Source of the DNA: Escherichia phage REP5
Length of the DNA stretch: 64,000 bases
Sequence record: OQ174504.1
Direction: 5' to 3' (one strand)
The position numbers and the translations under genes were made by a program. The notes under the pieces were generated by a model. That model saw nothing but the letters and a program-made list of their open reading frames with translations. It was not told where the DNA came from and did no database searches. The stretch's first letter is position 1, and each line of letters starts with the position of its first letter. Of the stretch, positions 57,856 to 64,000 are shown piece by piece.

Positions 57856-58296
57856 ATGAATACAAAAGCATTAGCAGCAAAGTTTAGTTACGGTGACACT
57901 GTATCACATTCTGAGATGGACACCTTCTTAGGTATTGTGAAGCCAACTTATCAAGGTGACATTGTTAAGTACGAAGATGAAATGAAGGCTTATGCGCTTA
58001 CACGTCTAAACCGACTTGAGAAGTTTATTGAGAAGCTTCTTAAAGAAGAGAAGATTTATCTGGTTGCTTCAATGGGTGTTGGTTATCGTGTGGTTGAACC
58101 TAAGCATCAAGCAACTATTGCAAAACGTAAAATGTCTGGTAAGATTGGTCGCGCTTTAAAGCAAGCCACTCAAGCAATTGAGAATGTGAACACTATGGCA
58201 CTTAGTCATCAAGAACGCTCACGACTGATTGAACAGCAAAACCATTTAGCTGCTATGAAAGCTAACATTAACAAGCAACGTAGAAAACCTTTCTAA
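57856..58296 (+). CDS. Hypothetical protein
   Basis: 146 aa ORF, coupled to upstream gene. Confidence 0.6.
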   Translation: MNTKALAAKFSYGDTVSHSEMDTFLGIVKPTYQGDIVKYEDEMKAYALTRLNRLEKFIEKLLKEEKIYLVASMGVGYRVVEPKHQATIAKRKMSGKIGRALKQATQAIENVNTMALSHQERSRLIEQQNHLAAMKANINKQRRKPF

Positions 58297-58302
58297 GTTG
58301 AC

Positions 58303-58330
58303 TAGGTAGCCTCTTAGGAGGCTCCTTTTT
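58303..58330 (+). terminator. Rho-independent terminator
   Basis: Hairpin tagcctcttaggaggct followed by ttttt. Confidence 0.55.
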
Positions 58331-58735
58331 AAAAGGTCTTTAAGAGGGTCTTTTAATGAGGTTTGGTATGGTCAGGTATGGTGTGGTGTTGTAAGGTTTG
58401 GTGCGGTCAGGTTAGGCTTGGTATGGGTAGTTAATCGGAGCTACATAAAAATCCGATTACATCACTTAAGAGTCTTCTAAGAGGGTTTTTAAGTGGTGTT
58501 TGGTAGGATAGAGTAAGGTAAGTTAAGGTAGGGTGAGGTCTGGTATGGTAAGGTAATGTATGGGTAGTTAGTCTCAGCTACATTAAAATGAGACTTACCT
58601 TTTTAAAAGGTCTTTTAAGAGGGTCTTTTAACAAGGTATTGTATGGTGTAGTTTGGTTAGGTATGGTTAGGTGTGGTAAGGTAAGGTAAGGTATGGAAGG
58701 ATGGCAGTAGCCTTATAAAAAATCTGCCAAATAAG
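58331..58735. repeat. GT-rich repeat array B (three units, each ending in a hairpin)
   Basis: Hairpins at about 58427-58458 (AATCGGA/TCCGATT), 58567-58600 (AGTCTCA/TGAGACT), 58697-58730 (GGCAG/CTGCC) with conserved A-rich loop. Confidence 0.65.
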
Positions 58736-58776
58736 CTATAAAATCTGTTGACAAGTCAGGTGTTATAGCTTATTTT
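58732..58776 (+). promoter_or_regulatory. Promoter-like element with flanking inverted repeat
   Basis: TTGACA at 58748-58753, 17 bp spacer, TATTTT; bracketed by ataagctata / tatagcttat. Confidence 0.45.
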
Positions 58777-58820
58777 TACACTCAATGTAATACAAAATTT
58801 AATATAACTTTGAGGTCATT

Positions 58821-59204
58821 ATGAAAAAGATTTTATTAGCTGCTGCAATGGTTATGGCAATGAATTTACCAGTCAATGCAACAGAACTTCCAAATGTGGA
58901 CTTATCGGGTGTTCCAGAAGACACTTGCCAGATTGTTAAAGGTGTTGCTCTATCTAATGGTGAGTTACTTAAACCAATCTCTGAAGAGTCTTTGACAGAG
59001 ATGACCGATAAGGTGACTGACTATCAGTATCGTGTTCTTGCAGAGTATTTCCTGCAATCTGCAAATATTAAAGAGAAGCACCATGATGATGTTGATGTAC
59101 AGGCTATGCTCAATCATCGTATCCAGTTTAAAGAAGATTTGATGCAAAAAGCTATGTATGGTGTTGAGTATTTCTTAGAAAACAGAAGCTGCACAGGTAT
59201 TTGA
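58821..59204 (+). CDS. Secreted/periplasmic protein
   Basis: 127 aa; N-terminal signal peptide MKKILLAAAMVMAMNLPVNA. Confidence 0.55.
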   Translation: MKKILLAAAMVMAMNLPVNATELPNVDLSGVPEDTCQIVKGVALSNGELLKPISEESLTEMTDKVTDYQYRVLAEYFLQSANIKEKHHDDVDVQAMLNHRIQFKEDLMQKAMYGVEYFLENRSCTGI

Positions 59205-59205
59205 T

Positions 59206-59418
59206 ATGGCTCTTAAAAAGTTACATCCCAGAAGCGGTTATGGTAAGATAATTGACGATACAGACGGCTTTACAGTCTTTACAGTTATCTGTCAAGATGA
59301 TTCACAGATTGAAAAGGCTCTTGATGATTATCTTAACGATGAACGTGAAAAGGTTAGGGCTACAAACATAGATTCATTGATTGACATTTCACGCAAACGG
59401 AAGAAGAAAGATGAATGA
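59206..59418 (+). CDS. Hypothetical protein
   Basis: 70 aa ORF. Confidence 0.5.
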   Translation: MALKKLHPRSGYGKIIDDTDGFTVFTVICQDDSQIEKALDDYLNDEREKVRATNIDSLIDISRKRKKKDE

Positions 59419-59710
59419 GGTTTTTGACCCTTATGCCCCACAAGATGATTGGGAGGCTGATAGAGAGGCTGAAATGGAGAGTTATATTTGTCCAATGGAT
59501 GTAGACGAAATGAGAGATTTCGTTGCACATCGTTTTAAGAGAGAGGTTAAATCCAGAGGTCTTTCTCAAGAGCAAGTTGCTAAAATTTGTGGTATCTCTC
59601 AGGCTCGTGTATCCAACATAATCCATCTCACTGGTAACGTCTCCCTTGAGTATATGTTGGAAGTGTGTGAAAAATTTGGTGTTAATTTCAATTTAAGGTT
59701 GGCAGATTAA
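59381..59710 (+). CDS. Helix-turn-helix DNA-binding protein
   Basis: 109 aa; C-terminal LSQEQVAKICGISQARVSNI resembles an XRE-type HTH. Confidence 0.55.
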   Translation: MTFHANGRRKMNEVFDPYAPQDDWEADREAEMESYICPMDVDEMRDFVAHRFKREVKSRGLSQEQVAKICGISQARVSNIIHLTGNVSLEYMLEVCEKFGVNFNLRLAD

Positions 59711-59711
59711 T

Positions 59712-60071
59712 ATGAAACGTGAAAACATTATCCACTCTGAAAACTTCGCATTAGGCTTTTATGGTGTACCTACTCACCTTGAAAAGTATTATGGTGTAAA
59801 GATTCTTTCCAATCTCATTATGGCTTACAAAGATGGTAAGATTAAGCATACTGAGAAGAAACGTGTCATGGGTTATATGGCTGTAGGTTCAGCAATCTCG
59901 AACATTAAGCTGGAAACAACTAGTAGTCAGATTGTGAAAGACCACTTCATCAAAGAGCTTTACCACAATCTTGATGGTGTAGATGTTCAGGCTGTTTGGT
60001 TGGATGTTGATGGTCACAACTACACAAGTTTCGTTTTCAAAAACGATGACATTAAGTGTCTGTTCCCATAA
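59712..60071 (+). CDS. Hypothetical protein
   Basis: 119 aa ORF. Confidence 0.55.
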   Translation: MKRENIIHSENFALGFYGVPTHLEKYYGVKILSNLIMAYKDGKIKHTEKKRVMGYMAVGSAISNIKLETTSSQIVKDHFIKELYHNLDGVDVQAVWLDVDGHNYTSFVFKNDDIKCLFP

Positions 60072-60084
60072 TAGGTGGTTAACG

Positions 60085-60600
60085 ATGATTGATATCTACT
60101 TACAAGATGCTCATGCAGATTTCCTTAAAGTGATGCTTAAAAAGTTTATGGCTTCACAGTATGAGAATGAAGCATCTTTTAAAATAGTTACATGTGGCGA
60201 CGAAGCTGGCTTTGTTGAGATTGAACATGAAGGTACTGGAAAGACTGTTTGTAAGCTACCTGATAGTATGTTCTCTAGCACGTTCTTAACAAAGACGAGT
60301 ATAAATGTTAAACTTGTTCCTCAGATTGAAACATACTCTGGTACAGATTACCCTAAAGGTTTTAAGTCATTGATGAAGTACTTCTTAGATGACTTTGTGA
60401 GTAATCTTCTGAGAGAGGTAAAAGAAAGCCGTACAGTGTTGACTGTAGAGAATATGGGAGGCACTATTAGAATTACTTCTGACTGCTTTGTTATGAGCCT
60501 CTTCGACTTCGTTCCTAAGAACTTTGATGGTATTCTGGATGAAGAAGATGACTGTGTAGACTTTATATTGGTTCTTGAGCCAGTTTTTGAGGTTAAATAA
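60085..60600 (+). CDS. Hypothetical protein
   Basis: Start at MIDIYLQ after RBS aggtgg (longest ORF begins at 59983). Confidence 0.55.
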   Translation: MIDIYLQDAHADFLKVMLKKFMASQYENEASFKIVTCGDEAGFVEIEHEGTGKTVCKLPDSMFSSTFLTKTSINVKLVPQIETYSGTDYPKGFKSLMKYFLDDFVSNLLREVKESRTVLTVENMGGTIRITSDCFVMSLFDFVPKNFDGILDEEDDCVDFILVLEPVFEVK

Positions 60601-60861
60601 ATGAAAATTGAACACTGCTATGAGTCTGATGGAACACCTATCCGATGTCCACATTGTGGGTGTACAGACTTACAAGGCGAGGTAAGTGAAATAGTCAACG
60701 GTCATATTGCTGAAGAAAGTACCCGATGCACAGGGTGTAATGAAATTATCGCTTTCTGGGCTTATGGTTCATACCAACCATCTCCACATTTTATCTACCA
60801 TCGTAGTAAAGTTGTGAAGAGTGTCATTAACTGGTTCATTAAGAAAGGGTTTACAAAATGA
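60601..60861 (+). CDS. Small zinc-ribbon protein
   Basis: 86 aa; CPHCGC..CTGC. Confidence 0.5.
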   Translation: MKIEHCYESDGTPIRCPHCGCTDLQGEVSEIVNGHIAEESTRCTGCNEIIAFWAYGSYQPSPHFIYHRSKVVKSVINWFIKKGFTK

Positions 60862-61403
60862 TTAAATTAATCTTTGCAAGTGGTGAAAATGGTGAGTTTG
60901 GTACTCCAACTGGTATGCCGTGGCCTCGACATAAACAGGACATGCAAGAGTTCAAGAGGCTCACTAAAGATAATTTAGTAGTTATGGGTAATGAGACTTT
61001 TAAGACTCTGGGTAGTAAACCATTACCAGAACGTACAAACCTCGTCTTAACGAACTCTGTTCCATATTTGGGTATAGACTTTGACAAAGACGATGTAATG
61101 TATGCTAAGGCTAGTAAAGAGTCCTTTGGAGCATTTTTGAAGTATCTTGATAGCTCTATTGATGAAGATGTCTTTGTAATTGGTGGTGCAGGTGTTCTTG
61201 TCGATGCTTTGCCGTATGCTGGTGTAGTTTTCCATACAGTTTTCCATAAAGTTACTGAAGAGGCCACTGTGTATTTACCTTTTGAAAACTTCTTCGATAA
61301 ACTGTATGATAACCGTGTATTTGCAAAGGTACAGTCAAAACCATCAGAGGATGGTAAAGCAACTTTTGAAATTTATGTTCCACAAGTAAAAGGGCACTTT
61401 TAA
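60858..61403 (+). CDS. Dihydrofolate reductase
   Basis: 181 aa; GMPWP, VVMGNETFKTLG, NLVLTNS resemble DHFR motifs. Confidence 0.7.
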   Translation: MIKLIFASGENGEFGTPTGMPWPRHKQDMQEFKRLTKDNLVVMGNETFKTLGSKPLPERTNLVLTNSVPYLGIDFDKDDVMYAKASKESFGAFLKYLDSSIDEDVFVIGGAGVLVDALPYAGVVFHTVFHKVTEEATVYLPFENFFDKLYDNRVFAKVQSKPSEDGKATFEIYVPQVKGHF

Positions 61404-61404
61404 T

Positions 61405-62304
61405 ATGTCACAAGCAGATTCAAGTTACAAAAATATCCTGAACCATGTTTTATCAGTTGGTGAACTGCGTACTACACGAACTGGAGATGTTATCTCTGCA
61501 TTTGCTCCACCTCAGTTTCGTTTTGATATGCGAACTGGTTTCCCACTCTTAACATCTAAACAGGTGTTTACACGGCAAGTTATTGGGGAAGCTTTATGGT
61601 TCCTGAATGGTGAGAATAAACTTGGCGAACTTCGTTACCGCACTTGGGGTGAAAATGATGGAGAGCGTTGGACAATATGGTCAGATGATTTTAAACGCTG
61701 GTTAAGTTCTAATTATTCTTCTGAACAAGATTGGTTAGAAGATGCAGGTGGAAGAATCTACGGGGTTCAGTGGAGAAACTTTGAAGGTCATAATGGTTGT
61801 GTTGTAGACCAGTTAGAGACCTTAGTAACGAAGATGAAGGGTGATATTACAGACCGCTACATGCTTGTTAATGCTTGGAATGCAGCAGATATTGCAGCAA
61901 ATTCAATGGCTTTAGCACCTTGTCATGTTCTGTTTCAGATTTATATCACTAACGAAGGTGAAGTAGATTTGCAATGGTATCAGCGTTCTGTAGACACCTT
62001 TTTAGGACTTCCATTTAACATTGCGTCTTATGGTTTTATTCTGGAAGTTCTTTGTAAGATGACTGGATATACTCCACGGTACTTGATAGGTGTCTTTGGA
62101 GATACTCAGATTTATCAGAATCATATGAAGCAGGTTTATGAACTGATGAACAATGAAGAGTTCCATGCACCAACTTTTGATATTGGTTTACCACTTAATA
62201 CTTTAAGTGACTTAAAACATCTCACTGCAAGTGATTTTATCGGTGGAATTAACAACTACCAACATGCAGGAAAGATTGAAGCACCTTTATCAGTAGGCAA
62301 GTAA
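61405..62304 (+). CDS. thyA: Thymidylate synthase
   Basis: 299 aa; active-site region ALAPCHVLFQIY; adjacent to DHFR. Confidence 0.85.
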   Translation: MSQADSSYKNILNHVLSVGELRTTRTGDVISAFAPPQFRFDMRTGFPLLTSKQVFTRQVIGEALWFLNGENKLGELRYRTWGENDGERWTIWSDDFKRWLSSNYSSEQDWLEDAGGRIYGVQWRNFEGHNGCVVDQLETLVTKMKGDITDRYMLVNAWNAADIAANSMALAPCHVLFQIYITNEGEVDLQWYQRSVDTFLGLPFNIASYGFILEVLCKMTGYTPRYLIGVFGDTQIYQNHMKQVYELMNNEEFHAPTFDIGLPLNTLSDLKHLTASDFIGGINNYQHAGKIEAPLSVGK

Positions 62305-62307
62305 AAC

Positions 62308-62335
62308 AAAAAAGGCTCCTTTTTACGGGAGCCTT
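62308..62335. terminator. Bidirectional terminator hairpin
   Basis: ggctcctttttacgggagcc flanked by A/T runs between convergent genes. Confidence 0.55.
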
Positions 62336-62340
62336 AAATT

Positions 62341-62712
62341 TTATTTTCCAGTATTCTTTGTGTTCTTTTCAGTAATAGCTTGCAAGGCTGATACCGATTG
62401 AGCCAGATTGTTCACACTGTCAGAGAATTTATCAAGAGTTTTAGTAAGTTTTGCATTCTCACCCTTAACATTCTCTAACTGAACTTTCTGGTTCTCCATC
62501 CCTAACTGAAGCAATCTCATGTCAGACTGTAAATCACGAATAGCTGAGTAATTAGATTTACTGTAATTATCTAGCTGCTGTAATTTTGTTGTGATAGACA
62601 CCTCTTGCTTACCATCCGAAACTTGCATGGTGGTATACATTCCAATAACACTAAAAATACCAACTACAATTGCACCAATATTATTTTTAAAAGCTTCCTC
62701 TAGCCACCTCAT
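62341..62712 (-). CDS. Membrane-anchored coiled-coil protein
   Basis: 123 aa; N-terminal hydrophobic helix. Confidence 0.5.
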   Translation of the reverse strand: MRWLEEAFKNNIGAIVVGIFSVIGMYTTMQVSDGKQEVSITTKLQQLDNYSKSNYSAIRDLQSDMRLLQLGMENQKVQLENVKGENAKLTKTLDKFSDSVNNLAQSVSALQAITEKNTKNTGK

Positions 62713-62907
62713 TTATTTCTCCCCCTTAAAAGCTTTTTCTAAGTTATCTACGAACTCATCATCAATAGGTGTGTCTGTTTTACTCGCAAGGTATCTTGCA
62801 AGCCTAAAGAACACTTTCTCAATCATGTATTCACTTAGAAGGGATAAAATAAGTTTCCAGAAGAAGCTACCTAGATTTTTTAGAAGAATTGCTAGGATTG
62901 TAGGCAT
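62713..62907 (-). CDS. Small membrane protein
   Basis: 64 aa ORF. Confidence 0.45.
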   Translation of the reverse strand: MPTILAILLKNLGSFFWKLILSLLSEYMIEKVFFRLARYLASKTDTPIDDEFVDNLEKAFKGEK

Positions 62908-62986
62908 TTAATCACCTCATCAGCCAAGATGGTGAGAATACCCATAAAGAATATTAACACCATCTTAACAATCAGTCAACAAGGGA

Positions 62987-64000
62987 TTAAGCAGTTCTTA
63001 CCCAAGCCATTAGCTTGTAGAACTGGTTAGTAACACTAAATGCTGAACCAGAACCTGTACCACCAGTGTTACCACTAACTGTGTGGCTGTGAGCACCAAT
63101 ACCTACAGAGTGGGAATGGTCACCAGCACCACTAGTACCAAAAGAGAAAGTATGACTGTGGTCCCCTGCTGCATTAGTATAACTCCCACCCGACCTGTAT
63201 GATACGGCATATGATGACATATTATCACCACCTCTACCAGTACCATTCCACGCCTCAATGTAGTGAGTGTGCCCACCATTTGTGCTAGTAGAACCACTAC
63301 CAGAGTGTGTGTGGCCACCAGTAGTATTAGTTCCCTTCGTACCATAATCAAAAGATGAAGTGGTAGCAGAGAAACTGTGAGTGTGTGATGGTAAGTTACC
63401 AACAGATAGCGTCACAGAATCTGAACCACCAGTTGTAGCAACATCTGAACCATTTGCTGCTGCAATTCTAATAGTTCTACCAACACCATTATTCAGGTAC
63501 GTCCAAGTTAACCCAGGAAGTGCTGTATTAGGGTTAACGTTACTGTTAAACCACGTTACAATACCTACTGGATAGATTTTATTAAGGTCTGTAGAGTCAC
63601 TAATTGCTGTTGCAATTTTCTGGTCAGTTTCAGCTTTAGTGTATGCACCAATCTCTGAAGGGGTTGGTTTTTGTGCTTCCGTGTAAACTTTAGACCAGTT
63701 AACTTCGAAGCCATAGGCATCTCTTGATGTCCTATACCACATCCCACCATTTTTGTACTCAAATCTTAATTGTGCAGATGGTGTGGAAGGACCAACCCCC
63801 ACATACATGTGAGACACAAGGAAAGAAGCCTCAGCAGTTTTGTTAACAACCTGATACAGACCTGTTTTTGCATTCCATGCAACACCATCACCATCCTTCT
63901 CAGAAGCTTTATCAGTGGTACTTGCAAGCATATACCTTGAGTCAGCGGTAGATTGTGTATAATATCTAGCATCTAAGTTAGAGAAGTCAGAAGGTTGAAC
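62987..64000 (-). CDS. Tail fibre protein, C-terminal part (gene continues beyond window)
   Basis: Frame open to the window edge; Gly/Ser/Thr-rich with repeated HxH motifs (SHTHS, GHTHS, DHSHT, AHSHT). Confidence 0.65.
   Translation of the reverse strand, partial: VQPSDFSNLDARYYTQSTADSRYMLASTTDKASEKDGDGVAWNAKTGLYQVVNKTAEASFLVSHMYVGVGPSTPSAQLRFEYKNGGMWYRTSRDAYGFEVNWSKVYTEAQKPTPSEIGAYTKAETDQKIATAISDSTDLNKIYPVGIVTWFNSNVNPNTALPGLTWTYLNNGVGRTIRIAAANGSDVATTGGSDSVTLSVGNLPSHTHSFSATTSSFDYGTKGTNTTGGHTHSGSGSTSTNGGHTHYIEAWNGTGRGGDNMSSYAVSYRSGGSYTNAAGDHSHTFSFGTSGAGDHSHSVGIGAHSHTVSGNTGGTGSGSAFSVTNQFYKLMAWVRTA

Overview
The window reads as the early/replication region of a large virulent tailed phage of Gram-negative hosts; gene content resembles T5-like (Demerecviridae) phages with some T4-like modules, but no database search was possible and every call is from reading the sequence. 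Left end (1-2420): a minus-strand cluster of about 14 tRNA genes (anticodons hand-folded) with structured, motif-bearing spacers, preceded in the same orientation by a vWA/MIDAS-domain protein. Plus-strand block (4.8-11.4 kb): an Ig-like tandem-domain protein translationally coupled to a T4-type lysozyme, plus hypothetical genes. A 1.65 kb AT-rich non-coding region (11.4-13.05 kb) packed with YTAACARG short repeats sits where the two transcription units converge. Long minus-strand block (13-50.6 kb): about 12 small genes separated by repeated promoter/stem-loop/RBS cassettes with compensatory stem changes, then a macro-domain protein, an overlapping spanin pair, Dam methylase, rIIA/rIIB-like genes, an NAD+ salvage pair (NAMPT plus PRPP synthetase), NrdG, NrdD split by a group-I-like intron, glutaredoxin, NrdB, NrdA, MazG-like, GIY-YIG-like, flap endonuclease, SSB-like protein, primase-helicase and dNMP kinase. 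Plus-strand block (50.8-62.3 kb): a family A DNA polymerase interrupted by a roughly 270 nt group I intron, a free-standing HNH-AP2 endonuclease, ATP-dependent DNA ligase, two arrays of GT-rich repeat units with covarying hairpins flanking a two-gene cassette, DHFR and thymidylate synthase. Right end: a partial tail-fibre gene with HxH repeats. The most unusual unexplained structures are the GT-rich repeat arrays, the 1.65 kb repeat region and the regulatory cassettes.
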